Shown in pieces: positions 1 through 10,357 of a stretch of DNA of 64,000 bases. Numbering within the stretch: position 1 is the stretch's first letter; each line of letters starts with the position of its first letter. A program made the position numbers and the translations under genes. Location of the stretch: the NCBI GenBank assembly GCA_964640055.1, contig CAZXFH010000014.1:1853-65852 (forward strand), given 5' to 3'. The notes under the pieces were generated by a model. That model saw only the letters and a program-made list of their open reading frames with translations. It was not told where the DNA came from and made no database searches. Source of the DNA: an uncultured bacterium. Lineage in GTDB: Bacteria; Fidelibacterota; UBA2242; JAFGTP01.

Positions 1-137
1 GCCGAAGGCGCCAGCCGGGCACAATTCACACAGGTTTTAATCTTTGCCAAGTCGAGTGCAGTTTGCTTGAATTGTCGTATAGATCGTCGAGAGGTTAGAA
101 TGGTCAGCAGATTGGAATCAGCCACAACAATTCCTTA

Positions 138-596
138 TCAATTTGAATTCCGTAACTCAAAATTCATTTTACGTAGTTTCCCGGTTAAGATGCGTGACAA
201 ATTACGCATGACCAGATACCCCACATGCTCATTTTCCTGTAAATAGCGGTGAAAATCCAGATAATCCACATATAGTATATTAGAGTCCTCCTCGGCAACA
301 ACGGTAGCCGAACGGGTGGAACTGTCGATCAGGGAGAATTCACCAAAAATATCATTATCACACAGCACTGCAATTTTTTCCTTTTCACCGGGTAAACGGG
401 TGGATTGGATGAGTACGGCGATACGGCCCCGGTGAATCAGATAGAGATCATTACCCGGATCACCCTCTTTAAAGACCGTCTCATTCTTTTTTATATGCCG
501 GGGATGGAACACCTGTGCCAGATCTTTGATTTCTGTATCGGTCAGCCCATGAGTTAATTCACTCTGTCTTAAGGCATCTTCAATATCGATATCCAT
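138..596 (-). CDS. Stand-alone cyclic-nucleotide-binding (cNMP/Crp-type effector domain) protein, 152 aa
   Basis: ORF translation shows the typical cNMP-binding beta-barrel segment (FGEFSLID...RSATVVAEEDSNIL) with a C-terminal hinge helix. No HTH domain follows. It lies directly downstream of folD on the same strand. Confidence 0.6.
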   Translation of the reverse strand: MDIDIEDALRQSELTHGLTDTEIKDLAQVFHPRHIKKNETVFKEGDPGNDLYLIHRGRIAVLIQSTRLPGEKEKIAVLCDNDIFGEFSLIDSSTRSATVVAEEDSNILYVDYLDFHRYLQENEHVGYLVMRNLSRILTGKLRKMNFELRNSN

Positions 597-662
597 TGAT
601 CGCCCTTTCTTATATAGAATGTATGCACTCTAATTATACGAATAATCTGCCTAGATAACAAC

Positions 663-1559
663 TCAACTCTTCTGACCGCTGCCATATTTTTCTGCCAGGT
701 GGACTGTATTGTAAAGCAGCATGGTGATTGTCATGGGTCCCACACCGCCGGGAACCGGTGAGATAGCCCCTGCAACCGCACTGACATCCTTAAAATTTAC
801 ATCGCCGGCCAACCGGTACCCTTTTTCAGTTTGGGGTGCATCCACCCGGTTGACCCCCACATCAATAACTGTGGCGCCTGGTTTGATAAAATCACGGGTG
901 ATCATTTCCGGTTGTCCTAAGGCGGCAATCAGGATATCGGCCTGACGGGCAATCGCTTTGATGTTCCGGGTTCGGGAATGGCACACGGTTACTGTGGCAT
1001 TGGCCCTCTTCTTTTTCTGTAAAAGCATATTGGCCACCGGTTTACCGACAATATTACTGCGGCCAAGCACGACCACATGTTTCCCCGCCGGATCGATCTG
1101 CATATGTTTAAGCATCATCACAATACCATGGGGAGTACAGGGTAGCGGGCTGTCAGCACCGATCAGCATTTTACCCATATTTAGAGGATGCAAACCGTCG
1201 GCATCCTTGCGTGGATCAACGGCTAAGATTATTTTCAACTCATCCAGGTGGTCCGGCAGAGGTAGCTGGACCAGAATACCATGAAACCGGTCGTCCTGAT
1301 TGAGGGCTTCGATTTTCTGCAGCACCTCGGTTTGACTAATGGTTTTATCCAGATGAAAGGTTTCGGTCATCATTTCCAATTTGGCAAAAGCCTTGGATTT
1401 CATACGCACATAGACCTGGGAGGCGGGATCTTCACCAATCAAAACCACCGCTAATCCGGGCGTAATATTTTGTGTTTTAAGTGCCTGGATGCGCGGTTTT
1501 AAAGCGCCCCGAATCTCTTGGGCGATCATTTTTCCGTCAATAAGGTCTGCATCACTCAT
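663..1559 (-). CDS. folD: Bifunctional methylenetetrahydrofolate dehydrogenase / methenyl-THF cyclohydrolase
   Basis: 298 aa. N-terminus 'GKMIAQEIRGALKPRIQALK...PGLAVVLIGEDPASQVYVRMKSKA' and the NAD(P)-binding 'VVVLGRSNIVGKP' are FolD hallmarks. Confidence 0.9.
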   Translation of the reverse strand: MSDADLIDGKMIAQEIRGALKPRIQALKTQNITPGLAVVLIGEDPASQVYVRMKSKAFAKLEMMTETFHLDKTISQTEVLQKIEALNQDDRFHGILVQLPLPDHLDELKIILAVDPRKDADGLHPLNMGKMLIGADSPLPCTPHGIVMMLKHMQIDPAGKHVVVLGRSNIVGKPVANMLLQKKKRANATVTVCHSRTRNIKAIARQADILIAALGQPEMITRDFIKPGATVIDVGVNRVDAPQTEKGYRLAGDVNFKDVSAVAGAISPVPGGVGPMTITMLLYNTVHLAEKYGSGQKS

Positions 1560-3103
1560 TTGGCATAACTCACACTTCTATGTTCTCTGACCACAACCAC
1601 TTTGATCTGGCCGGGAAAGGTTAGTTCGTTTTCAATTTTATTGGCAATATCATCGGATAATTTTCCGGATTCATCATCAGAGATCTTGGCGTTCTCAACA
1701 ATTACCCGTACTTCGCGCCCGGCCTGGATGGCATAGGTTTTTGACACGCCATCAAAGGATTCGGCAATATTTTCCAGTTTTTCCAGTCGCTGAATGTAAT
1801 TCTCCAGTGTATCGCCGCGGGCACCCCGGCGCGAACCGCTGATCTGGTCGGCGGCTTGTACCAGGACAGAGATGGGATTAGTTGCCTCAACCTCTTCGTG
1901 GTGAGAGGCAATGGCATTGGTTACTTCTTCCTTTTCGTTGAACCGTTTGGCAATATCGGCCCCCAGGGCAGCGTGGGTTCCGGTTACATTGCGGTCCACC
2001 GATTTGCCGATGTCATGCAGCAGACCAGCCCTTTTGGCAAGCCCGCCATTTAAGCCCAATTCAGCCGCCATCAGTCCGGCCAGCCAGGCCACTTCAATAG
2101 AATGCTTTAACACGTTTTGGCCATAGGAGGTCCGGTACTGTAATTTTCCCAGATATTTCATTAAGTCTTTGGGCAGTGGTGGTAAAGTGACCTCATCGAT
2201 AGCATCTTCAGCTGCCTGGTTAATGGATTCATCCACTTCCTTTTTCGCCTTATTGTACATCTCCTCGATCCGGGTGGGATGAATGCGACCGTCCTGAATT
2301 AATTTTTCCAGAGCAAGACGGGCAATTTCCCGCCGCACGGGATCGAATCCGGAGAGGACAACGGCCTCCGGGGTATCATCTACAATAATTTCCACACCGG
2401 TCAAGGATTCAAAATGGCGGATATTGCGGCCCTCGCGTCCAATAATTCTGCCTTTCATATTATCATTGGGCAAATTGACCAACGAAACCGTGGTTTCCGC
2501 AGTATGGTCGGCAGCTGACCGTTGAATGGCAGAGACAATTATTTTTTTAGCCTCCCGGTTGGCTTCGGCATAGGCCCGATCTTTAATAGTACGTACCTGA
2601 GCGGCAATACTGCGTTTCGCATCCTCCAACAGATCTTCCATCAGTAAATTCTTGGCTTCCTGTTTGGAGAGACCGGCGATACGCTCCAGTCGTTCAACCT
2701 GCTGGGCTTTCAGCCGGTCAATTTCCTTCTCCCGCTTGACCAGTTCCTCTTTTTGTTTTTCAATCTCTTTCAGGCGGTTTTCCGATTCTTCCAGTTTTTT
2801 TTCCGCAACCTCGGTTTTACGGTCTAAATAGTATTCCCGTTTAACCAGCTTTTTCTCAATGTCACGGACTTCCTGTAATTTGTTGCGGGCTTCTTTTTCC
2901 GCCTGATGTTTAATCCGCAGGGCTTCATCTTTGGCCTCTAAGCGGTTCTCCCGCTTAATATTCTCCGCTTCTTTTTCGGCGCTGGTCAATAAGGCGGAGA
3001 CTGAGGACTTGGTTTTATTAAGTTTTTGAATGTAAAAATACAGGGCGAGAACCGCACCAATACAAATCCCTGCTAATCCGATGGCTACATGAATGGCTGA
3101 CAT
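1556..3103 (-). CDS. rny: Ribonuclease Y (membrane anchor, coiled coil, KH and HD domains)
   Basis: 515 aa. It has an N-terminal TM helix, a long E/K-rich coiled coil, a KH region (GRIIGREGRNIRHFESLTGVEIIVDD) and an HD domain (LLHDIGKS...H...). Confidence 0.9.
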   Translation of the reverse strand: MSAIHVAIGLAGICIGAVLALYFYIQKLNKTKSSVSALLTSAEKEAENIKRENRLEAKDEALRIKHQAEKEARNKLQEVRDIEKKLVKREYYLDRKTEVAEKKLEESENRLKEIEKQKEELVKREKEIDRLKAQQVERLERIAGLSKQEAKNLLMEDLLEDAKRSIAAQVRTIKDRAYAEANREAKKIIVSAIQRSAADHTAETTVSLVNLPNDNMKGRIIGREGRNIRHFESLTGVEIIVDDTPEAVVLSGFDPVRREIARLALEKLIQDGRIHPTRIEEMYNKAKKEVDESINQAAEDAIDEVTLPPLPKDLMKYLGKLQYRTSYGQNVLKHSIEVAWLAGLMAAELGLNGGLAKRAGLLHDIGKSVDRNVTGTHAALGADIAKRFNEKEEVTNAIASHHEEVEATNPISVLVQAADQISGSRRGARGDTLENYIQRLEKLENIAESFDGVSKTYAIQAGREVRVIVENAKISDDESGKLSDDIANKIENELTFPGQIKVVVVREHRSVSYAK

Positions 3104-3199
3104 AATACAACTCCTTTATAACCGTTTATAGTGGTCCAGTTATCAGTGGCCGGTGGTATTTAGGGATTATTAAATGGACAATCTATAACGAGAGATGGG

Positions 3200-3505
3200 T
3201 TACGATGACTTATTTAACTCTTCGTCAATTGTGTCGATAAGAAACTTTACTTTCTCATCAACCTGAGATAACATCTTGTCTTTTTCTTTATTACATGTAA
3301 ATAATTCATCGGAAATATTCATAGCGGCCAGAATTGCAATGCGCAAAGCTGACTGCGCCCGGGTCAAGGACTTTTCAACTTCTTCCATTTTCTCATCGAC
3401 AAAGCGCGCCACACTGATAATATATGATGGGTCGGCTTGCGCTCTGACCGTATATTCCTGACCATAAATTTTGACCCGTACTAAATTGTTATTCGATTCT
3501 TCCAT
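3200..3505 (-). CDS. zapA: Cell division protein ZapA
   Basis: 101 aa. The N-terminal 'VRVKIYGQEYTV' beta-hairpin plus C-terminal coiled coil matches the ZapA family, and it sits between rny and pheT as in many bacteria. Confidence 0.7.
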   Translation of the reverse strand: MEESNNNLVRVKIYGQEYTVRAQADPSYIISVARFVDEKMEEVEKSLTRAQSALRIAILAAMNISDELFTCNKEKDKMLSQVDEKVKFLIDTIDEELNKSS

Positions 3506-3549
3506 CTTAGCACATTTAATTAAATATCACCGGTTGATAACCTGGAATT

Positions 3550-3777
3550 TCAAAATACTTCTAATTGTTCTAACATGTCTTCAATTTTTTCTCTCAACTG
3601 CTGCCGTTTTTTTTGATCCAGCATGGTTTCGATTGAAGATCCCTCCTCTAACTCTGTTCTGATCTTTTGATTCTCTGATTTTAAGCGGGATAATTCTTCC
3701 AGTAAAACCTGGATTTTCTCCTCTAAAATATTCAATTCGCTTAAAGCGGATATATTCTGTTCATCGTAATTCGGCAT
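3550..3777 (-). CDS. Small coiled-coil protein (ZapB-like), 75 aa
   Basis: Entirely heptad/coiled-coil composition (LEEKIQVLLEELSRLKSENQKIRTELEE). Its position immediately upstream of zapA suggests a ZapB-like partner. It overlaps the pheT stop by 17 nt. Confidence 0.4.
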   Translation of the reverse strand: MPNYDEQNISALSELNILEEKIQVLLEELSRLKSENQKIRTELEEGSSIETMLDQKKRQQLREKIEDMLEQLEVF

Positions 3778-6145
3778 CTATCTGCTCTTCTAAGGCTTTA
3801 TGAACGGCTTCCATGATCCGGTCTATTTCCCTGTCTTTTAAAGTCCGCTGAGCGGCTTGAAAGACCAGGTTAAAAGTAAGACTTTTTTTGTTTTTTCCAA
3901 TATTTTTTCCTTTGTATAGGTCATAAAAATGAACTTTTTTAAGATATTTACCTCCTTTCGCCTGTATGCATCGCCGTGCTTCTTCGACAGTAACACCAGC
4001 GGGTACCACAATGGATACATCGCGCTCGATAGCCGGATATATAGGCAGCGGATTATAGCGGATATCAAAATTTGCCAGACGGAATAAAAGCTCTCCGTCT
4101 CCTTCCAGTACATAGATTCTGTTTTCAATATCCCAGGCAGTGGACAGATATTTGCTGTGCAACTCACCGAGACAGGCGCATGTTTGAGAGTTAATATTAC
4201 ATTGGATTAAGTGTTTAAAATATTTGTGCCTAACTTCTGTGAAATTTAAAGCGGGCAGACCGTAACGATCTGCCAGATCCTCCAGAACACCTTTTAGCAT
4301 GAAAATCGTACTGTGCCGGGTTTGGTAGGCCCAGTGTTTTGATTCTATGTTCCCGGTCAGTAAAAGTCCAAATTTGAGTTGTTCCTGATCCCGCGTTTCC
4401 CGATACTCATCATACTGATGCACATACCCCAGTTCAAAAAGTTGCAGGTTCTCGTTATTGCGATTGATATTGAGTTGTGCCGCTTGCACTAGTCCCGGGA
4501 TCAAACTGGTGCGCAAGTAAGCCATATCTTTACTAAGCGGATTTTTAATCTTTACCGGCTTTATCGAGTTGATAGCTTGCGTCCATTCCCTTTTTACCAG
4601 GGAATTGGAAATCACTTCCATATAGCCGTAGGCACTCAGCAGGGTACGGAGTTGTTCAGTCAGTTCATAATAAGGATTCATCTCAAAGGTGGGCTCAATG
4701 TTCATTTTTTGGGCAGCAGGTACCGCTTCCATACCAAAAATACGCACCACCTCTTCAATATAATCCACTTCACGTTCCAGATCGGGTCGCCAGGAAGGTG
4801 AAACCAAGCTCACCTGATCATCAGTCACGGTGTGAATTTTACATCCCAACTGTTTAAATTTTTTAACCACCCATTGGGGGTCAAACTGATGACCGAGCAG
4901 TTGATTGATGCGGTCAAAACGGACTTTAATGCGGGATAACTGGATTTTACGGGCATAATTATCAATTAGTCCTTTCGCGATCTTTCCGCCGGCCACCTCC
5001 TGGATAAGCGCGGTGATTCGCTCCAGGGCGTAGATAACACCCTCGGGATCCACGCCGCGTTCAAAACGATATGATGCTTCGGTTTGCAATCCCAAATATT
5101 TGGATCCTTTGCGGATAGTAGCGGGATTAAAAAAGGCACTTTCGATGACGATATCTCTGGTATCCGCACTGATCTCTGAATTTGCCAGCCCCATTATTCC
5201 AGCTACAGCAATCGGACGGTCGCCGTCACAAATCAGAAGCACTTCCGGATTCAATTCTCTTTTGACATCATCCAGGGTAACGACTACTTCACCCTCTTCA
5301 GCGCTGCGCACATTAATCTGCTGCCCGTTCACTTTCCGGTAGTCAAATGTATGTAACGGCTGTCCGGTCTCCATTAAGACATAGTTGGCCGCATCGACAA
5401 CATTATTGATGGAGCGAATTCCCACACCATGCAGGGCTTCGCGTAGCCATTGGGGGGAAGGTCCGATAGTTACCTCTTTTAACACCCGGGCTGCATACCG
5501 GGGACATCCGATCTCATTGTCGACCGTAACGGAGAGTTGCTTATCCACAGGCTCATCGGATTCCTGAAAATCGACTTCCGGAATACGCAGTTCTTTATCA
5601 GTGAGTAAGGTAATATCCCGGGCCACCCCAATATGGGAAGTGCAGTCCGGCCGATTGGGAGTCAGATCAATATCGAAAGTCACTCCTTTGCCTTTAAAAT
5701 AGCTGCTCAGATCCATGCCCACGCTGGCATCCTCATCCAGGACCATAATCCCAGTATGGTCATCGGAAACGCCTAATTCATCTTCCGCCAGGATCATGCC
5801 TGTAGATTGAACGCCCCGGATCTTCATCGCCTTGATCTCCATGCCGTTAGGCAGCACACATCCCGGCAAGGCCAGGGGTACTTTCTGACCGGGTTTAACA
5901 TTAGGAGCGCCACAAACAACCGGCCGTTTTTCCTGACCGGTCGACACCTGGCAAAGAGCGAGACGGTCTGCTCTGGGATGGGATTCTACAGCAATAACTT
6001 CACCGACGATCAGATGGTCTAAATCATCAGCCGGATGTTTTTTTACTGTCGCTTCCAATCCCAGATAGGTAAGTCTTGCGGCCAACTCCTCCGGGCTGAA
6101 TGGGATATCGGTATACTTTGCCAACCATTTATTATTAACAATCAT
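3761..6145 (-). CDS. pheT: Phenylalanine--tRNA ligase beta subunit
   Basis: 794 aa. It has an N-terminal tRNA-binding (EMAP-like) domain and B3/4 and B5 domains, with the C-terminal FDX-ACB motif region (GKNKKSLTF...). Confidence 0.9.
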   Translation of the reverse strand: MIVNNKWLAKYTDIPFSPEELAARLTYLGLEATVKKHPADDLDHLIVGEVIAVESHPRADRLALCQVSTGQEKRPVVCGAPNVKPGQKVPLALPGCVLPNGMEIKAMKIRGVQSTGMILAEDELGVSDDHTGIMVLDEDASVGMDLSSYFKGKGVTFDIDLTPNRPDCTSHIGVARDITLLTDKELRIPEVDFQESDEPVDKQLSVTVDNEIGCPRYAARVLKEVTIGPSPQWLREALHGVGIRSINNVVDAANYVLMETGQPLHTFDYRKVNGQQINVRSAEEGEVVVTLDDVKRELNPEVLLICDGDRPIAVAGIMGLANSEISADTRDIVIESAFFNPATIRKGSKYLGLQTEASYRFERGVDPEGVIYALERITALIQEVAGGKIAKGLIDNYARKIQLSRIKVRFDRINQLLGHQFDPQWVVKKFKQLGCKIHTVTDDQVSLVSPSWRPDLEREVDYIEEVVRIFGMEAVPAAQKMNIEPTFEMNPYYELTEQLRTLLSAYGYMEVISNSLVKREWTQAINSIKPVKIKNPLSKDMAYLRTSLIPGLVQAAQLNINRNNENLQLFELGYVHQYDEYRETRDQEQLKFGLLLTGNIESKHWAYQTRHSTIFMLKGVLEDLADRYGLPALNFTEVRHKYFKHLIQCNINSQTCACLGELHSKYLSTAWDIENRIYVLEGDGELLFRLANFDIRYNPLPIYPAIERDVSIVVPAGVTVEEARRCIQAKGGKYLKKVHFYDLYKGKNIGKNKKSLTFNLVFQAAQRTLKDREIDRIMEAVHKALEEQIDAELR

Positions 6146-6146
6146 A

Positions 6147-7166
6147 TTACTTGAACTGTTTTAAGAATCTAACATCACCGTCAAAAAGAATGCGAATATC
6201 GTCGATGCCATACTTTTGCAGAGCAATCCGGTCGGGTCCCATCCCAAAAGCATAGCCCGTATATTTCTCAGGATCAATATCCACGGCCTCCAAGACATTA
6301 GGATCTACCATACCGCAGCCCAGTATTTCCAGCCAGCCGGAATTTTTACAGACCCGGCAGCCTTTACCGCCACAGATAAAACAGCTGACGTCCACCTCGG
6401 CACTGGGTTCCGTAAAGGGAAAGAAACTGGGACGAAAACGGGTCCTCACAGTCTTTCCAAAGAAGCGTTTGGCAAACACGTCCAGGGTGGTTTTCAATTC
6501 ACTGAAGGTAACGTTCTCATCGATATACAAACCTTCAATTTGATGGAAAACACAATAGCTGCGGGCGTTGATCGCCTCATTGCGGTACACCCGTCCCGGT
6601 GCCAGAATGCGGATGGGTGGTGATTCTTGTTCCATACAGCGCACCTGAATGGGTGACGTGTGGGTTCGCAAGAGAATATCCTGATCAACAAAAAAAGTAT
6701 CCTGCATATCGCGGGCCGGATGATTTTCCGGAAAATTCAGGGCCTGAAAGTTATAATAGTCGGTCTCCACTTCAGGTCCGAAGGCCACATCAAAGCCCAT
6801 TTCCTTAAAAATGGCACAGATTTCACGCATTGTTTGGGTAACCGGATGCAAGGTACCGCATACCGGTGGTTTACCCGGCAGGGTTACATCAAAGTGCTCC
6901 TGCCCCCTGCTCTGCTCCTCAACTTTTGCTTTTAAGCGTTGCACCGCGGCTTCTGCTTCACCTTTAAAGGCATTCAGCAGTTGGCCGTAATCCCGCTTCT
7001 TCTCACTGGGCACCTTACCAAACTCTTTAAAAAGGGCGGATATGATGCCTTTTTTACCGAGATACTTCAGGCGAAACTGTTCGATGGCGTCCGGCTCGAC
7101 CGGTATATCTTTAACTTCGTGTTTAAATTGCTGACGAGCCTCTTGTGCACGTTCCAAAAGGCTCAT
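6147..7166 (-). CDS. pheS: Phenylalanine--tRNA ligase alpha subunit
   Basis: 339 aa. Class II aaRS motifs are present ([21 protein letters not shown]). Confidence 0.9.
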   Translation of the reverse strand: MSLLERAQEARQQFKHEVKDIPVEPDAIEQFRLKYLGKKGIISALFKEFGKVPSEKKRDYGQLLNAFKGEAEAAVQRLKAKVEEQSRGQEHFDVTLPGKPPVCGTLHPVTQTMREICAIFKEMGFDVAFGPEVETDYYNFQALNFPENHPARDMQDTFFVDQDILLRTHTSPIQVRCMEQESPPIRILAPGRVYRNEAINARSYCVFHQIEGLYIDENVTFSELKTTLDVFAKRFFGKTVRTRFRPSFFPFTEPSAEVDVSCFICGGKGCRVCKNSGWLEILGCGMVDPNVLEAVDIDPEKYTGYAFGMGPDRIALQKYGIDDIRILFDGDVRFLKQFK

Positions 7167-7169
7167 AAT

Positions 7170-7517
7170 TTAAGCCTTTGTCATTTTGACGATTTTTTCG
7201 AATCCCTCGGGATCCTTTACGGCCAGTTCCGCCAGTACTTTGCGATTCAGTTTGATATTATTTTCTTTAAGTCCGTGTATAAATTTGCTATAGAACAATC
7301 CGTGTTGCCGAACCCCAGCATTTATTCTGGCAATCCACAGTTTACGGAATTCCCGTTTCTTGGTGCGACGGTCCCGATAGGCATATTGTAACGCTTTGGA
7401 AACCGCATCCTTGGCTGTCTTGTAGAGTTTACTGCGCGAACCGCGATATCCTTTGGCCATTTTGATAACTTTGCGATGGCGTTTATGTCGGGGCACAGAA
7501 CTGTTTGCTCGTGGCAT
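7170..7517 (-). CDS. rplT: 50S ribosomal protein L20
   Basis: 115 aa. The sequence '[39 protein letters not shown]' is the classic L20 N-terminus. Confidence 0.95.
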   Translation of the reverse strand: MPRANSSVPRHKRHRKVIKMAKGYRGSRSKLYKTAKDAVSKALQYAYRDRRTKKREFRKLWIARINAGVRQHGLFYSKFIHGLKENNIKLNRKVLAELAVKDPEGFEKIVKMTKA

Positions 7518-7543
7518 AGGTTATCTCCTGTGGTTGAATTAGA

Positions 7544-7732
7544 TCATATCATATGTTTGACACGTTTGGCATCGGCCGGATCCAACACTTCGGATTGTTT
7601 CAAGCGACGTTTTCTTTCCCGACTCTTTTTGGTCAGGATATGGGATCCGTAGGCTTTATTGCGCATTATTTTACCGGTGCCGGTTTTTTTAAAGCGTTTG
7701 GCAGCCGAACGTCTTGTTTTCATTTTTGGCAT
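7544..7732 (-). CDS. rpmI: 50S ribosomal protein L35
   Basis: 62 aa. '[27 protein letters not shown]' is the L35 signature. Confidence 0.95.
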   Translation of the reverse strand: MPKMKTRRSAAKRFKKTGTGKIMRNKAYGSHILTKKSRERKRRLKQSEVLDPADAKRVKHMI

Positions 7733-7742
7733 AAATTATCTC

Positions 7743-8258
7743 CTATTTTGCAGTCAGAAAGGCAATAATAAAGCGTCCTTCGTTCATGGGGCCCTTATCG
7801 ATCTCCCCCACTTCCTGCAGGTCATTCAGGATCCGGTCCATGAGTTCATTTCCGATCTCCCGATGGGCCAGTTCCCGACCGCGGAACATAATGTTTATTT
7901 TAACCTTATTACCTTTCTCCAGAAATTTCTTAGCCTGATTGATTTTCATCTTCAGGTCATGTTCCTCAATCCGCGGGCGAAACCGCACTTCTTTCAATTT
8001 GACCACATGTTGCTTCTTTTTACTGGCCCGTTCTTTCATCTGCTGTTTATAACGGTATTTACCATAGTCCATGATCTTACAGACAGGTGGTTTGGCCATG
8101 GGTGCCAGTTCAACCAGGTCCAGACTATGATCTCTGGCCCGATCCACGGCTTCATTGGTAGATACGATTCCCACCTGATCCCCATTAGGATCGATCAGGC
8201 GTACTTTCGGAACCCGTATCTGATTGTTTACGCGTAATTTTTTTTGTTTTTTACTAAT
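7743..8258 (-). CDS. infC: Translation initiation factor IF-3; true start is an in-frame ATT (AUU) codon upstream of the GTG used by the ORF track
   Basis: The supplied ORF starts at GTG (8172-8174). The upstream in-frame sequence is open and encodes the conserved IF-3 N-terminus (SKKQKKLRVNNQIRVPKVRLIDPNGDQVGIVS). A GGAGGA Shine-Dalgarno lies 9-10 nt before an in-frame ATT at 8256-8258. Confidence 0.8.
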   Translation of the reverse strand: MSKKQKKLRVNNQIRVPKVRLIDPNGDQVGIVSTNEAVDRARDHSLDLVELAPMAKPPVCKIMDYGKYRYKQQMKERASKKKQHVVKLKEVRFRPRIEEHDLKMKINQAKKFLEKGNKVKINIMFRGRELAHREIGNELMDRILNDLQEVGEIDKGPMNEGRFIIAFLTAK

Positions 8259-8260
8259 TT

Positions 8261-10198
8261 TTAAGTTTCCTCCTTTGATTGTATTTCTGTCTTTAACATA
8301 TCTAAAGCGGCTTTCCAGCTGTGAGCACCCTGGTCACCACGCTTGCGCCTGCGGACGGAGACTGAATGATCACTGGCCTCCCGTTCTCCTAAAATAAACA
8401 TATAGGGGATCTTTTGCAGCTCGGCTTCGCGTATCTTGGCGCCCATGGTATCACTTTTCAGATTAAGCTGCTGACGGATACCGGCCTGTGCCAGAAATTG
8501 TCCAAAGTCCTGCGCGATTTCAGCCTGGTTATCGGTAATCGGAATAATCGCGGCCTGGACCGGAGCGATCCAGAGGGGAAAATCGCCGACCGTATGTTCG
8601 ATCAGCACCCCGATAAATCGTTCCAATGAACCTAAAATGGCCCGGTGGATCATATAGGGCTGTTTCTGTTCACCGTCCCGGTCTACATATTCCATATCAA
8701 AGCGTTCGGACAGATTGAAATCAAACTGGATAGTGGTACATTGCCAGGAACGGTTGAGGGCATCCCGGATTTTCAAATCGATTTTCGGTCCGTAGAAAGT
8801 CCCCTCGCCGGCATCGATCTGATAATCAACCTGCAGTTTTTGTAAAGCCGATTCCAGGGCATTAGTGGCCTCGGTCCACATGCTTTCTGAACCCACATAT
8901 TTTTTTTCCGGACGGGTGGAGACGAACACATCGAATTCCTTGAAACCAAAGGTCTTCAGAAAAACAAAAGAAAATTGGACTAATTTTTCCACTTCCTCAT
9001 CCAGTTGTTCGGGCATACAGATAATGTGGGCGTCATCCTGGGTAAACCCCCGCACCCGCATCAGACCATGCAAGACACCGGATAATTCATAACGATACAC
9101 CGTACCCAGTTCAGCATATTTGATGGGTAGATCCCGGTAGCTGCGGGTTTGGGACTTATAGATCTGAATGTGAAAGGGACAGTTCATGGGTTTGACATAA
9201 TACTCATCCCCTTCCACTTTCATGGCATCGAACATGGCATCCCGATAGAACCCTAGATGACCGCTGGTTTCCCACAATTTGGCCCGTCCGATATGGGGTG
9301 ATTGCACCAGTTGGTAGCCTCTTTGCAAATGTTCATTTAACCAGTATTCTTTAATGGTTTGCAGAATAGTTGCTCCTTTAGGATGCCAAAGCACCAAACC
9401 GGGCCCGATATGCTCGTTGATTTCAAACAGCTCCAGGGCTTTGCCGATCTTACGATGGTCACGCCGTTTGGCTTCCTTAAGAAAATTGAGGTATTTTTTG
9501 AGACCTTTGCGGGAAGGAAAGGCCGTGCCGTAGATGCGACTGAGCATCTTGTTGCTCGAATCACCCCGCCAGTAGGCGCCGGCAACATTCAAAAGTTTAA
9601 AAGCCTTGATCTTACCGGTAGAGGGAACATGGGGCCCCCGGCACAGATCCATAAAATCACCCTGCTGATAAAGCGACAGAGTTTCACCTTCATCAATGTC
9701 GGCAATGATCTCGACTTTGTATTCCTCGCCCATCTTTTTAAACAACTTCAGCGCCTCATCCCGGGACAGGGTCTTGCGCTCCACCGGAATATCCTGCTCA
9801 ATGATGGCCTGCATACGTTCCTCAATGCGGGGCAGATCCTCATCACTAAAAGGTGGCTCGACATCAAAATCGTAATAAAAGCGGTTTTCAATGGCCGGCC
9901 CAATGGTCACCTTGGCCTGGGGAAAGAGCTGTTTTACCGCCTGAGCCATGACATGGGCGGCGCTGTGCAGAATAATTTCATGGGCTTCCGGAGCAGAATC
10001 CTTAATTATTTCTACCTTGGCCCCCTCTGGGAGCGGTCGTTTTAAATCGTACAGGTCACCATTTACCCTGGCAGCCAGGGCATGTTCATAGAGGCCCTGA
10101 CTGATCTTGCGGGCCACATCCGCCGCACTACTGCCAGGTGCCAGTTCCATCGGCGAACCATCGGGTAAGATAATAGTAATATTTTTAGCGGGATTCAA
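8261..10198 (-). CDS. thrS: Threonine--tRNA ligase
   Basis: 645 aa. It has a TGS domain N-terminus, class II catalytic motifs and an anticodon-binding C-terminus. Its stop lies 2 nt before the infC AUU start. Confidence 0.9.
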   Translation of the reverse strand: MNPAKNITIILPDGSPMELAPGSSAADVARKISQGLYEHALAARVNGDLYDLKRPLPEGAKVEIIKDSAPEAHEIILHSAAHVMAQAVKQLFPQAKVTIGPAIENRFYYDFDVEPPFSDEDLPRIEERMQAIIEQDIPVERKTLSRDEALKLFKKMGEEYKVEIIADIDEGETLSLYQQGDFMDLCRGPHVPSTGKIKAFKLLNVAGAYWRGDSSNKMLSRIYGTAFPSRKGLKKYLNFLKEAKRRDHRKIGKALELFEINEHIGPGLVLWHPKGATILQTIKEYWLNEHLQRGYQLVQSPHIGRAKLWETSGHLGFYRDAMFDAMKVEGDEYYVKPMNCPFHIQIYKSQTRSYRDLPIKYAELGTVYRYELSGVLHGLMRVRGFTQDDAHIICMPEQLDEEVEKLVQFSFVFLKTFGFKEFDVFVSTRPEKKYVGSESMWTEATNALESALQKLQVDYQIDAGEGTFYGPKIDLKIRDALNRSWQCTTIQFDFNLSERFDMEYVDRDGEQKQPYMIHRAILGSLERFIGVLIEHTVGDFPLWIAPVQAAIIPITDNQAEIAQDFGQFLAQAGIRQQLNLKSDTMGAKIREAELQKIPYMFILGEREASDHSVSVRRRKRGDQGAHSWKAALDMLKTEIQSKEET

Positions 10199-10283
10199 AT
10201 GTTAATCCTTAAGACAATTTATTTTACAAGTTAATTTAATTTTATAATTTAATTTTAAACTAATTTATCGATATTAAAAAACG

Positions 10284-10357
10284 TGGGCGGTACTGGACTC
10301 GAACCAGTGACCTCTTGCATGTCAAGCAAGCACTCTAACCACCTGAGCTAACCGCCC
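10284..10357 (-). tRNA. tRNA-Val (anticodon GAC), 74 nt, CCA not encoded
   Basis: Manual fold of the minus-strand sequence: acceptor GGGCGGT/ACCGCCC, D-stem GCTC/GAGT, anticodon stem CTTGC/GCAAG with loop TTGACAT (U33, anticodon GAC, A37), and T-arm ACTGG-TTCGAGT-CCAGT. Confidence 0.85.

Noticed and set aside
9359-10045. 228-aa ORF antisense within thrS, plus many other 60-200 aa antisense/overlapping ORFs (e.g. 7659-8237, 33021-33590, 35268-35861, 44493-45044, 45717-46493)
   Set aside because: They are fully embedded antisense in strongly supported conserved genes, have low-complexity or stop-poor-frame composition, and lack RBS and any homology.
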